A stretch of 64,000 bases of DNA from an uncultured Myxococcales bacterium. Its GTDB lineage: Bacteria; Myxococcota; UBA4151. The notes beneath the pieces were generated by a model that was not told where the DNA came from, ran no database searches, and was given only the letters and a program-made list of their open reading frames with translations. The position numbers and the translations under genes are program-made. The stretch lies in contig CAXGWI010000006.1 of assembly GCA_964013405.1 (NCBI GenBank), positions 9,266 to 73,265 on the forward strand, in the 5' to 3' direction. This document shows, in pieces, positions 39,762-49,441 of this stretch (positions within the stretch are counted from its first letter, which is position 1; every line of letters starts with the position of its first letter).

Positions 39762-40471
39762 AGCTAGCCCTCGCTTTTTGCCTAGCGGCCACGCCATCGG
39801 TGGTACCCACAACAGCAGAAACCGGTCGGGACCGGCCTCTCAATTGGGTGGATGCCGGCCTGCTCCTCGGGGGAGCCGCCGGCTACCTGGGCCTGCACAA
39901 GGGCGGCTCCGATTGGGCCTTGATCGATTGGCCTGTGCCCCCAGCTGGCCCCCAGTGGCAAGAAGACACGGTCCCCACCACCGCCGTGATCGGGACCGGT
40001 GTCCTCCTCACCCTTGCTGCGGGCATGGAAGGCGGGCTTGTGGAAGCGGTCGCCATGGCCCAGGCCGGCCTGGTGACCGCCGCGGCCACGAATGTTTTAA
40101 AAATCCTCGTGGGGCGCCCCCGGCCGGATTACGTCGATCGAACCACACGGAGCTATGACAGCCCCGAGACGCAAGCAGAAGAACTCGACGACGCCCGACT
40201 CAGCCTGCCCTCTGGGCACAGCTCCGCGGCTTTTGCCTTTGCCACCCAAACCGGTCGCTGGCTGCATCGAGCCGGTTGCGCCCGGGGCTGGAGCAAAACG
40301 GCCAGGCTCGCTGGCTACGCCCTGCCCTTAACCATGGCCGGTGCGGTGGCTTGGACACGGGTCAGTGACAATCGCCATTACCCCAGCGATGTCTTTGCGG
40401 GTGCCCTTGTTGGTAGCGGCATTGCCTATGGTTTGGACCGCTGGCAGAACGGCGCCGTTGCCTGCCCTTGA
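39758..40471 (+). CDS. PAP2-family phosphatase
   Basis: KILVGRPRP, PSGHS, TRVSDNRHYPSDV motifs; ATG overlaps the upstream stop. Confidence 0.9.
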   Translation: MKLALAFCLAATPSVVPTTAETGRDRPLNWVDAGLLLGGAAGYLGLHKGGSDWALIDWPVPPAGPQWQEDTVPTTAVIGTGVLLTLAAGMEGGLVEAVAMAQAGLVTAAATNVLKILVGRPRPDYVDRTTRSYDSPETQAEELDDARLSLPSGHSSAAFAFATQTGRWLHRAGCARGWSKTARLAGYALPLTMAGAVAWTRVSDNRHYPSDVFAGALVGSGIAYGLDRWQNGAVACP

Positions 40472-40480
40472 GGACAGCCC

Positions 40481-41968
40481 CTAAGCGCTCGCTAGGTCTC
40501 GCTCAGCCTTGCTGAGGTCATTACGAGCGGCCTCCAAGGCGGCCAAGTAGTCTTCGCTGACATCACCGGTGATGTAGCGTCCCGAGAAGACACAGTCCTC
40601 ATAGGTCTCGATCGATGGGTTACCTTCAGTGGCCGCCTGGCGCAGGTCCTCAAGGTCTTGATACACCAACCAGTCGGCGCCGATGCGTTCTTGAATGGCT
40701 TCCACCGTGCGGCCATGGGCGATCAGCTCCCGGGCTGCGGGCATGTCGATCCCATAGACGTTGGGATAGCGCACCGGCGGTGCGGCGGAGGCAAAGGACA
40801 CGGTCTTAGCACCGGCTTGGCGAGCCATTCGAATGATCTCTTTACAGGTCGTGCCTCGAACGATGGAGTCATCCACGAGCAGGACATTTTTGTCGCGAAA
40901 CTCAAGGGAGATCGGGTTGAGTTTTTGGCGAACTGACTTTTTGCGAACCTCTTGGCCCGGCATGATGAAGGTTCGGCCGATATAGCGGTTCTTGATAAAG
41001 CCTTCCCGGAACTTGGCGCCGATGTGATAGGCCACCTGAATGGCGGCGGTCCGGCTCGTATCGGGCACAGGAATGACCACATCGATCTCGTGATCGGGGC
41101 GCTCACGAAGAATCTTCGCGGCCAAGGCATCCCCCATCCGCAAGCGACTCTTGTAGACCGAGATCCCATCCATGATGGAATCCGGCCGAGCGAAGTAGAC
41201 GTATTCGAAGAGACAGGGGGCGTGAACCACCCCATGGTCTGGACAATGGCGATGAACGGCCCCATCGGCCGCGCCAAAGACCACCGCCTCTCCCGGTCTG
41301 ATGTTGTCGACAAAGCTAAAGCCAGAAGCCTCAATGGCCACCGACTCCGAGGCCACCATGTACTCCCGACCTGCGTCCGTGTCCCGATGACCGAAGCACA
41401 GGGGCCGAATCCCATGCTGATCTCGAAAGGCGATCAGGCCGAAGCCCGGAATCATCGCGACCACCGCATAGGCTCCTCGGCAACGGTGATGCAGGCCTTC
41501 AACCGCATGAAAGAGATGCTTGGGCTCGAGGCTTTCAATGCTTTGTTTGCTCAACTCGTGGGCCAACACATTCAACAACACTTCCGAGTCGGAGTTGGTG
41601 TTGAGATGACGGCGATCGAGGGCGAAGAGCTCTTCTTTGAGGGCATCCGCATTGGTGAGGGTGCCATTGTGGCCAAGAGCGATCCCATAGGGTGAGTTCA
41701 CGTAGAGCGGCTGGGCTTCCTCGGTACTGGAACTGCCGGCGGTGGGATAGCGAACGTGGCCGATGCCCAGATTCCCCACAAGTTCCCGCATGTGTCGGGT
41801 GCGGAAGACATCTTTGACCATGCCATTGTCTTTGCGCAGAAAAATACGACTACCTGCGGTGGTGGCGATCCCTGCAGCATCCTGACCCCGATGCTGCAAA
41901 ACCGTCAGCGTGTCATAGATGCGCGTATTGACGGGCTCGGTGCCCATGATGCCGACGATTCCACACAT
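40481..41968 (-). CDS. purF: Amidophosphoribosyltransferase
   Basis: MCGIVG (Ntn Cys), [35 protein letters not shown] loop [16 protein letters not shown]. Confidence 0.99.
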   Translation of the reverse strand: MCGIVGIMGTEPVNTRIYDTLTVLQHRGQDAAGIATTAGSRIFLRKDNGMVKDVFRTRHMRELVGNLGIGHVRYPTAGSSSTEEAQPLYVNSPYGIALGHNGTLTNADALKEELFALDRRHLNTNSDSEVLLNVLAHELSKQSIESLEPKHLFHAVEGLHHRCRGAYAVVAMIPGFGLIAFRDQHGIRPLCFGHRDTDAGREYMVASESVAIEASGFSFVDNIRPGEAVVFGAADGAVHRHCPDHGVVHAPCLFEYVYFARPDSIMDGISVYKSRLRMGDALAAKILRERPDHEIDVVIPVPDTSRTAAIQVAYHIGAKFREGFIKNRYIGRTFIMPGQEVRKKSVRQKLNPISLEFRDKNVLLVDDSIVRGTTCKEIIRMARQAGAKTVSFASAAPPVRYPNVYGIDMPAARELIAHGRTVEAIQERIGADWLVYQDLEDLRQAATEGNPSIETYEDCVFSGRYITGDVSEDYLAALEAARNDLSKAERDLASA

Positions 41969-42181
41969 GAAATCATCCTTTCCAGGGGGATTGCCCGCTA
42001 CCCTGCCCCTTTGGATTGTACAAGCCTGCAGGCCTAGGGCTCCATCCCGCTGCATGGACCGCTCAATTTGATCGCTAGGCCACCGTCGGGGTCGTTGCCT
42101 CCCCTGACAATGGCTGGCACAAGCAAGTCATAGAAAGGCTCCAGCCTATGACGACCCATCCCCTGGTCGATCGATTCCAGG

Positions 42182-43492
42182 CTATAAGGGCATTTCGCCC
42201 AGCAAAGCATCGGAACCGTCCTTACGCCGAGAAAGGACGCGTAGACGGTAGTCCCCCTCTGGCAGTCCTGACTTCTTCAACTGCTTCTTGATCACATGGC
42301 GCATGACTGCACATGGCCCCGGCCGTGGTAGCGCCACACATTCTTTACCGGCCCGCGCAACATAAAGACCCAGTTGCTTGCGGCCCCGCAACCGAGGAAT
42401 GCGTTGCACGACCTCACCCTCGCTATCGATGATCTGGCTGTGTCGAAGCGGAAAGCCGACTGGCTTCGCGTACATCTTATAGGCTGAGAGCGGGTAGAAG
42501 TCCCTCTGCACGACGGTCAAAGCCAAGGTGCCCAGGACGATTCCCAGTGAGACGAAGGTCATCGGCAAAGGCCAAGGGTTCATGCCCCCAAATACGGTCT
42601 TCCGATCCGGCAACCGAGGCCAGGCCATGAAGATCAACTGAAGGATGATGAGTTCAAGAAAGAGGATATTCTGAAGAACGAAAACGGCGATGTGAAAAGT
42701 GACATAGCCCAAAGGCAACAGCAACCGTGCCCTGCGTGAAACAAGCAAAAGGGGCGCTGCCAGTTCCATGAGCAAAACGACCGTTGCAAGAACAACAAAC
42801 ACCCAGTCCGGCTGAGCCGCCAACTGGATTGCGCCCCCAAAGCCATACTCAATCGGATCGAGCCCGCACACAAGCAAGCGAACCCGGAGGCCATCGGCAT
42901 CAAACCAATTCCAGCCGGCCCCAATGACCTTGGAGAGCCCCCCGCTCCAATACGCGGTGGCTAAGCTCGCCCAGATCAGAAAAACCGCAATACTTGCCTG
43001 GTCTCTCAGGCCCTCTGAGGAGGGCAGGATGGGCTGCCGCCGCGCATCAAGGCTCCAAACCGCTGCACAGGGTGTAAAGAAGAGGATAGCCAGCAACAGA
43101 ATCGGAAGTTGCTCAGAATGATAGAAGATACTGTGCTCTCGTAAGAGCCCGCCGATCAGGATTTGGAGCAACAGGCTAAGCCCGATAGCGCTCCGTGTCT
43201 TGAACCCTAAAGTCACCGCCACCAAGCTAAGAAAACAAATCATTTGCCCGACGAGTAGCGCATTCGGACTGCTCAAGAGAAAGTCATGAAGCGGTGTGAA
43301 TGCAAAGGCCTTCATGAGACCAGAAGGCCGGCGGATCTCTGCTGAAAACTCGGTGAGGATCTGGAGGTCTTCTAGGGGTAAGCCCAGCATCAAGCAGCCG
43401 CCCACCAGAATCCGAATGAAGGCAAGCCGCTTAAGCGTTCCAGCCCGCAAGGCCTGCTGAAAGCCTGCTCGCACTTGTGCTTTTATCAACAC
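42182..43492 (-). CDS. HTTM-like multi-pass membrane protein
   Basis: Multiple TM helices; WSLDA, YWSGGLSK, ELAAPLLL, FHI and YPLSAYKMY motifs typical of HTTM / gamma-carboxylase-like membrane proteins; more AT-rich than its neighbours. Confidence 0.65.
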   Translation of the reverse strand: MLIKAQVRAGFQQALRAGTLKRLAFIRILVGGCLMLGLPLEDLQILTEFSAEIRRPSGLMKAFAFTPLHDFLLSSPNALLVGQMICFLSLVAVTLGFKTRSAIGLSLLLQILIGGLLREHSIFYHSEQLPILLLAILFFTPCAAVWSLDARRQPILPSSEGLRDQASIAVFLIWASLATAYWSGGLSKVIGAGWNWFDADGLRVRLLVCGLDPIEYGFGGAIQLAAQPDWVFVVLATVVLLMELAAPLLLVSRRARLLLPLGYVTFHIAVFVLQNILFLELIILQLIFMAWPRLPDRKTVFGGMNPWPLPMTFVSLGIVLGTLALTVVQRDFYPLSAYKMYAKPVGFPLRHSQIIDSEGEVVQRIPRLRGRKQLGLYVARAGKECVALPRPGPCAVMRHVIKKQLKKSGLPEGDYRLRVLSRRKDGSDALLGEMPL

Positions 43493-43535
43493 TTTGACCT
43501 AGTGCCTCATTGCAGGAAAGCCGCTGGTTTCTCGC

Positions 43536-44165
43536 TCAGCGCAGCTCACAGTTCTGAAGAGCCCCCGAAGCACTTTCCAGAGCCAACTTGGCTTCCCCTG
43601 GATAGCCATCCACTAGCGTAGACCAAGCCCGGTTCATATTCCGCTCGGCAGCGCTCACGCTGGAGATAAACTGAGCATACGCGAGCAGCCCATACTGGGC
43701 GACCAAGCGGTCTTTTTGCGCCACCAAGCCCCCCACGTGCTCCTCCTTCAAGGCCTCCATTCGCTCGCAGATCTCGAGATAGTCGCTGGTCTCGGCATCC
43801 TTAGCGAGACCGGCCAGGTCCTGATGGATGGTTTGAAGCCCGGCGCTCAATGCCAAGATATGCTCCTCGGGCGACAGCGTCGCCACCGCTGATTCGCTGG
43901 ATTCATCATCCATTTCCAACTGGGCGAATCGACGCAGCAAAAAGGCTGCGAAGAAAATGAGGGCGATGCCCAGAGCGAAGCCCAGCCAAGCCCCCTGCCC
44001 CCAGGCGAGTAGCCGAGCTATTTGTGGGTGGTGGCCCTGAGCCACCAAGCCGTCGATGGCGGCGGAAGCGGCTGGAAAAGATGCGCCATACGCGGCCATG
44101 CCCACACCGGCGACCAAAAGAAAGCCGGCATCAACCCGGGCCAAGTTGCGTCCTCGTTGATCCAT
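43536..44165 (-). CDS. Hypothetical membrane protein (2 TM plus helical domain) directly downstream of the OPT gene
   Basis: ATG 44165 lies 1 nt after the OPT stop; C-terminal AAERNMNRAWSTLVDGY segment. Confidence 0.75.
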   Translation of the reverse strand: MDQRGRNLARVDAGFLLVAGVGMAAYGASFPAASAAIDGLVAQGHHPQIARLLAWGQGAWLGFALGIALIFFAAFLLRRFAQLEMDDESSESAVATLSPEEHILALSAGLQTIHQDLAGLAKDAETSDYLEICERMEALKEEHVGGLVAQKDRLVAQYGLLAYAQFISSVSAAERNMNRAWSTLVDGYPGEAKLALESASGALQNCELR

Positions 44166-44166
44166 C

Positions 44167-45900
44167 TCAGGCCCCCTTTCCAAGCAGGTCGATGATCGTG
44201 ATGGCCAAACTGGTCAGGGCTTCACCCACGATCAAGCCCGCAGCAAAGGGCACCACCTTACCACCGAAGAAAGCGCCGCCCCGGCTGCTCTCAAGGCGCC
44301 AACCCACCAAGCAACCGATGCCGTAGCCCAAGGTCACTTCGAAAGGCAGGTACATGGCTAAACCCATCAGCACCCCCAGCCCAGCGATGGGCAAGGCCCC
44401 GAGGCTCAAGCCAATGAGTCCACCGGCCGCATATTTGTCGAGGGGCGCATTGCCGCCGATGACCCCATCGATCATGGCCTGCAAGGCGCCGGCTTGGGGT
44501 GCGGAGAGACAATCACCGCTGCCCTTTTGCAGGCAGGCCGTAGACTCGGGACCAAAGCCGGGCGTGCCGTCGCCGGTGGCTGTCCACAACAAGTAGACGG
44601 TGCCCACAGCAACCACCGGCCCGATCCAGCCCGTAAAGATCTGCGCCAACTGTTGTCGCCGGGGGATACCACCGACCAAATGACCGGTTTTCAAGTCCTG
44701 CATCATGTCAGCGCATTGGCCAACCCCGACGCAAACCGCGACCCCCACGGTGACCGCGACCACCGCATTGCCCCCGGTGATCGCCAACATCAGCGTCACA
44801 CCGATGAGGGCCATACCGGAAAGTGGTGAGATATCGGTCATGCCCGTCGCCTGGGCGACGATGAGTCCAGCGAGGGCCGTCCACAGCACGCCGACCACGG
44901 CCACCGGCAGGGCCATCACCGGACCCACCGTCAGCGAGGAACTCAAGTAAAGCAGCAGCGTCGCGCCGGCCAAGCCGATGGCCAAGGCCCGTCCCGACAG
45001 TTCCTGAGCACCGCCGCCAGCGGCGGTTTTTGCTGCCGAGCCCAAGGTTTTGATGGCGGCACGAATCGCGGGAAAGGCAGCGATCACGCCGGCCAGAGCA
45101 CCACCGATCAAGATGCCGATGCCTGCAGGCCGCAACAACTGACCGTAGAGTTGCCCCCAGACCTCGTCCCCATTGCTGCCAGTAAAGGGATCCGTCCAGC
45201 CAGAGGCGACCGCCATGGGCGCGAGAATCCACCAGGCGAGCACCCCGCCGAAGGCGAAGGGTAAGCCCCCCCGACCCGACAGCATGCCGGCGCCGATATT
45301 CATCAGACTGAGACTGAGCAGGGTGCCCGTGTAGGCGGGAATGCCAAACCAGTCTCCCACGGCAAGAGCCTCAGGAACGGCATCGACCTTATCGACTAAG
45401 ATCTTCACGCCAGCGCTCAACAATGCGCCAAAGGCAAGGAGCTTGAGCTTCTCCACACCGGCACCAGGCGACTTCAGAATGGAGGCCACCGCCATCCCTG
45501 AGGGAAAGCGTAGCCGGTCGAACTCCAGCATCTGCTTGCGCAGCGGGATGATGAACACCACACCGAGAAAGCTGCCGGCCATGGCGGAGAGCACCATGGC
45601 GCCCCAGGAGAAATCTTCGCCCATGAGCAGCAGGGCGGGCAGGGTAAAGACCACGCCCGAACTGGACACGTTGATGGCACTGGCGATCGTCTGGTTGACG
45701 TTGTTCTCGATGATCGTGCCCGTACCGAGGGCCTTGAGAACGGCAAATCCAAGGATGGCGGCAACGGTCGAACCGCCCAGGCCAAAGCCCAATTTAAGGC
45801 CCACATAAACGAAGGCCGCGGTCATCAAGACACCGAGCAATGCCCCCAGGATCATGGCCTGGAGGGTGAGTTCAGGATAGGGGCGTTCGCTGCTGCTCAA
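44167..45900 (-). CDS. OPT/YSL-family oligopeptide transporter
   Basis: PELTLQA, YVGLKLG, IIENNVNQTIASA, IPLRKQM, LRFPSG, DMMQDLKTGHLVG, APQA; TTG start with AGGAGG. Confidence 0.93.
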   Translation of the reverse strand: MSSSERPYPELTLQAMILGALLGVLMTAAFVYVGLKLGFGLGGSTVAAILGFAVLKALGTGTIIENNVNQTIASAINVSSSGVVFTLPALLLMGEDFSWGAMVLSAMAGSFLGVVFIIPLRKQMLEFDRLRFPSGMAVASILKSPGAGVEKLKLLAFGALLSAGVKILVDKVDAVPEALAVGDWFGIPAYTGTLLSLSLMNIGAGMLSGRGGLPFAFGGVLAWWILAPMAVASGWTDPFTGSNGDEVWGQLYGQLLRPAGIGILIGGALAGVIAAFPAIRAAIKTLGSAAKTAAGGGAQELSGRALAIGLAGATLLLYLSSSLTVGPVMALPVAVVGVLWTALAGLIVAQATGMTDISPLSGMALIGVTLMLAITGGNAVVAVTVGVAVCVGVGQCADMMQDLKTGHLVGGIPRRQQLAQIFTGWIGPVVAVGTVYLLWTATGDGTPGFGPESTACLQKGSGDCLSAPQAGALQAMIDGVIGGNAPLDKYAAGGLIGLSLGALPIAGLGVLMGLAMYLPFEVTLGYGIGCLVGWRLESSRGGAFFGGKVVPFAAGLIVGEALTSLAITIIDLLGKGA

Positions 45901-46000
45901 GAGGCCTCCTTAAGGGATGCTGGCTGCCTTCACCATGATCCCAGGGGCTCTGCAAGCACCTTGAAGTTTCTTGAGTTTTTCCAGCGGCGCTCGAGGGCGG

Positions 46001-46930
46001 TTAGCGCTTTGTCGCCGGGCGAGCGGGCCGGCCGGACGGGCCCCGTGGTGGCGTCCTTCCAGGCATTTGCTGCTGGGCCATCGCCGTGATCGCTTGCAGT
46101 TGGCTTTCACTTAACGAGAGGCTTAAACCAAGGACCTTCCCCTGGGGTCTCAGGGTCAAGCTGCGGAGGGCCGCTGCGATCGGTGGCGGCGCCTGAGTGG
46201 TCATGTTGCTGACCCCCATGCTCACCATCATGGACAAGCCCTGCGCCGCGGCCGGCTGGCTGCAGCGCACCTGGGCTTTTAACTCCAAGTCCCGTTTTGG
46301 CGTGATCGTCACTCGAGCCAAGACACCCTCGATGTCCGCGGCAGGATGCTGGGCATTCTCCTTACGCATTTGCTGACGCAGGCTTTTGGGCAACACCATC
46401 CGCATCGCAAGATGGGCGCCGCGCAAGAACGAGGGCAGAGGCTTGCTCTTCAAGCCCCGCTTGAGTTGGGCCCGCATGCCGAGCTCATGGCCTGCGAGAA
46501 AATGCCGGTTGTCGACGATGACCATGCCCTGACCCTTGGGGTCCAACCACATCGTGTGCCGACCTACTTTTTTGGCTTTCAGACCCCCCTTCTGGCTGGC
46601 CAACATTTTGTTCGCTGCAGCCTTCTGGAAGCGGCCCTTGACCAGGATGACCACCTGGCGGGGATCCGGTTGGCTGGATTCGATGCGTGCCCGTAACTCC
46701 ACCGTTTCCAGCGAGGTAAAAAGATCGATACCCGCGGTCTTCAGCTGCTGCCGAGCCTCGGGATTCATGGCCGACTCCATCGCCTGGCGGAGCTGGTCAC
46801 CGACTTGGGGCACTTCCAAGAGGCTCTTAAAGTCGAAAACCACCTGGAGGTTTTGACTAGAAGCTGGTGCTGCGGCCTTTGCGCCGCTCGCGGTGAGTAA
46901 GAGAAGAAGAATTGGGATCAGCTTTCGCAT
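46001..46930 (-). CDS. Hypothetical secreted protein
   Basis: MRKLIPILLLLLTASGAKA signal peptide; start 2 nt after the mutase stop. Confidence 0.7.
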   Translation of the reverse strand: MRKLIPILLLLLTASGAKAAAPASSQNLQVVFDFKSLLEVPQVGDQLRQAMESAMNPEARQQLKTAGIDLFTSLETVELRARIESSQPDPRQVVILVKGRFQKAAANKMLASQKGGLKAKKVGRHTMWLDPKGQGMVIVDNRHFLAGHELGMRAQLKRGLKSKPLPSFLRGAHLAMRMVLPKSLRQQMRKENAQHPAADIEGVLARVTITPKRDLELKAQVRCSQPAAAQGLSMMVSMGVSNMTTQAPPPIAAALRSLTLRPQGKVLGLSLSLSESQLQAITAMAQQQMPGRTPPRGPSGRPARPATKR

Positions 46931-46932
46931 CG

Positions 46933-48648
46933 TCACTCCATGGCCCTTGTCCAGGCCTGCATCAAGGATTGGAGGCGGACTCGAGCTTGGGCTCGGTCCC
47001 CTTCTCCACGCCATTCAAAATAAGTCTTCACCTTCGGTTCCGTCCCTGAAGGACGAACGAGGACACGTAACGCTTCATTTCCCAAGTGGTACCGAAGGCA
47101 GATCAGATTTGCACTGGACCCAGCTAAGGCGGTCACGTGCTCGCCACGCCAGCGTTGTCCGGCCAAGTGGTCATCACGCTGAACCAAGGGCAAGTCATCC
47201 AACTGCGGCGGCGGATGCTGGCGGACATACTCCACCTGCGCGGCCATGGCCTGGGCAGCATCAAGCCCTGTAAAACGGTCGACCAATTGATCCGAGCGGT
47301 GCCGACCATGCCGCTGTTGTAGTTGCTCAAGGTGCTCAAGCAAGGTGCCACCCTGCAGACGCAACTCCTCAGCCATGCAACAAATAGCCAGGGCCGCACT
47401 GACCCCATCCTTGTCGGCCACCAAATCACCAACGCAGTAGCCCAATGCCTCTTCGAAGCCGAAGACAAAGGATGCCTCAGGTCGCTCTCGGGCCGCAGCG
47501 GCGATCCACTTGAACCCCGTCAGTACCTGAACAAACTCCGCATCATAGGCCTCCGCCTGGCGCCCGAGCATTTCGCTCGACACAATGGATGCGACCACCA
47601 AAGGCCGGCTGCCCTCGTGATGCCGGAGACAAAAGTCCCCCAACAGGCTGCCCAGTTCATTTCCGCTCAAGGCCCGCCACCCGCCCGAGGGGTCGGGGAG
47701 CACAAGAGCGAGACGGTCTGCATCGGGGTCGTTGGCAATCAAGAGATCGGCCTGGACCCGATCGGCTTGCGCCAGGGCCAAATCCAGGGCCCCTTCTTCC
47801 TCGGGGTTGGGAAAAGCGACCGTCGGAAAGGCACCATCGGGCCGTCCTTGGGCGGCCACGGGATAGACGGCGCCAAAACCCGCTGTGGCTAAAAGGCTGC
47901 ACACACTGCCCTGACCCACGCCGTGGAGCGCCGTATAAACGATGCGCAAAGGCGACGCTTGCCCTGGCCACCAGGGCGAAGCATCGATCACCGCCCGGTG
48001 ATACTGATCCACATCGGCCTGGCAAAGGATCTCTAGGGGGCCGATGTCTTCACCCACGGCCTCCGGCAGCGCGCAAGGGATCTCAGCCGCCGGTTTCTCA
48101 GCGATGCGATCGATGGCCGACGCGATGGCCCCGTCGACCGGAGGGATGATCTGCGCCCCATGGGCCCAGTAGACTTTATAGCCGTTATCGCCCGGAGGGT
48201 TGTGACTTGCGGTGACCTGAATCGCTGCAGCGGCACCACGGGCTTTCAGGGCCCAAGCGGTGGCCGGTGTCGGAAGGCATCGGTCCCAGAGGAAGACCCG
48301 TATGCCCTGGGCTCGCAGCACGGCGGTCGCTTCGAGGGCGAAGGCCTCGCTGCGGTGGCGGGCGTCGAAACCAACCACAACGCCCCGCTGCCGAGCTTCG
48401 GGCTCTTGGAGCAAGATCTCTGCGAGACCGGCCGTCGACTGGCGAATCACCGCGGTGTTCATCCCATGGGGGCCAGCTCGAATCGGACCTCTTAAACCGG
48501 CAGTGCCAAAGGTCAGCCGACCAGAAAATCGAGCTTGGAGTTCGGCCTCAGCCCCCCGGTCGATGAGGGCCCGTATCTCGTCCTGATCCTGTGGGTCTGG
48601 GTCGCCACCCAGCCACTGCTGGACCTGCTGCATGAGGAGAGGATCCAT
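46933..48648 (-). CDS. Phosphosugar mutase (PGM/PMM, PGM2-like subgroup)
   Basis: FGTAGLRG, TASHNP (phospho-Ser), DPDADR (metal), FEEALG, DKDG, RPSGTEPK. Start placed at ATG 48648. Confidence 0.94.
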   Translation of the reverse strand: MDPLLMQQVQQWLGGDPDPQDQDEIRALIDRGAEAELQARFSGRLTFGTAGLRGPIRAGPHGMNTAVIRQSTAGLAEILLQEPEARQRGVVVGFDARHRSEAFALEATAVLRAQGIRVFLWDRCLPTPATAWALKARGAAAAIQVTASHNPPGDNGYKVYWAHGAQIIPPVDGAIASAIDRIAEKPAAEIPCALPEAVGEDIGPLEILCQADVDQYHRAVIDASPWWPGQASPLRIVYTALHGVGQGSVCSLLATAGFGAVYPVAAQGRPDGAFPTVAFPNPEEEGALDLALAQADRVQADLLIANDPDADRLALVLPDPSGGWRALSGNELGSLLGDFCLRHHEGSRPLVVASIVSSEMLGRQAEAYDAEFVQVLTGFKWIAAAARERPEASFVFGFEEALGYCVGDLVADKDGVSAALAICCMAEELRLQGGTLLEHLEQLQQRHGRHRSDQLVDRFTGLDAAQAMAAQVEYVRQHPPPQLDDLPLVQRDDHLAGQRWRGEHVTALAGSSANLICLRYHLGNEALRVLVRPSGTEPKVKTYFEWRGEGDRAQARVRLQSLMQAWTRAME

Positions 48649-48727
48649 GGCCGCAAGGGGATGGCAGCAACGGGGACTTGTGTAAAGGGCCCGAAACCCG
48701 CAGCATCCGCCAGCCAGGAGGCTCTCA

Positions 48728-49441
48728 TTGAAACGACTTTCCCTCAGCATCATTCTTGTCGTCACTGCCTGCGCCGGCGCCCCCAAAGCCGAAGAGAAAG
48801 CCCCCCAACCGAAGGCCGGTCAGGTTCTGCTCGATGGCGTGCTGATCGAGGCCAAATGGAGCGATGGCGACACCTTTAGCTGGAAGGATCCGGCCAACGG
48901 GGAAAAACGCAAAGCTCGGCTGGTGGGCTTCAATACACTGGAGGATTACGGCCCGGTGCACCGCTGGGGTGAGTGGAGCTCGAAGGAACTTTACGATTTG
49001 GCCTTAGAAGCCGGCAAGGTTGCGGCCGCCCGGGGCTGGGTCTGCGAAGATACGGGCTCCAGTGGGGGTTATGGTCGCAAAGCGGTTCTTTGTGAGTCCT
49101 TGCGGGAATTCATGATCACCGAGGGCTATGCCCATGTCTTGTCCATGGAAGGCCCTGGCCCAACCTACCTCCTGAAAATGCAAATCGCTGCCCAGGAGGC
49201 CGGCAAAGGGATCTGGAAGAAGGGCGTACCAGAAGGCCTGGTCACCAGCGTCCATAGCAGTGATGAAAAGCCGAGCGGCAAAGGCTACAACCGTGTTGTC
49301 AGCACTCGCACGGGGGCCTCTCACATCGAGAACCATGAGAACCGCTATGAGCACTGTCAGGAGGTCTGTCACCAGGGCAGCTGCATGGTCTATATCCCCT
49401 ACAAGCTGCGCTATGGCCCGAAGAAGCTGATCTGCCCTTGA
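48728..49441 (+). CDS. SNase-like nuclease lipoprotein (variant)
   Basis: Lipobox VTA|C; SDGDTF, RLVGFNTLE, GYGR, EGYA, AQEAGKGIW; Cys-containing C-terminal extension. Confidence 0.75.
   Translation: MKRLSLSIILVVTACAGAPKAEEKAPQPKAGQVLLDGVLIEAKWSDGDTFSWKDPANGEKRKARLVGFNTLEDYGPVHRWGEWSSKELYDLALEAGKVAAARGWVCEDTGSSGGYGRKAVLCESLREFMITEGYAHVLSMEGPGPTYLLKMQIAAQEAGKGIWKKGVPEGLVTSVHSSDEKPSGKGYNRVVSTRTGASHIENHENRYEHCQEVCHQGSCMVYIPYKLRYGPKKLICP

Noticed and set aside
42148..42291. Short plus-strand ORF MTTHPLVDRFQAIRA... with an RBS-like AGAAAGG
   Set aside because: Mostly antisense to the HTTM-like gene; only about 12 free codons, so it cannot be supported as a gene or remnant.
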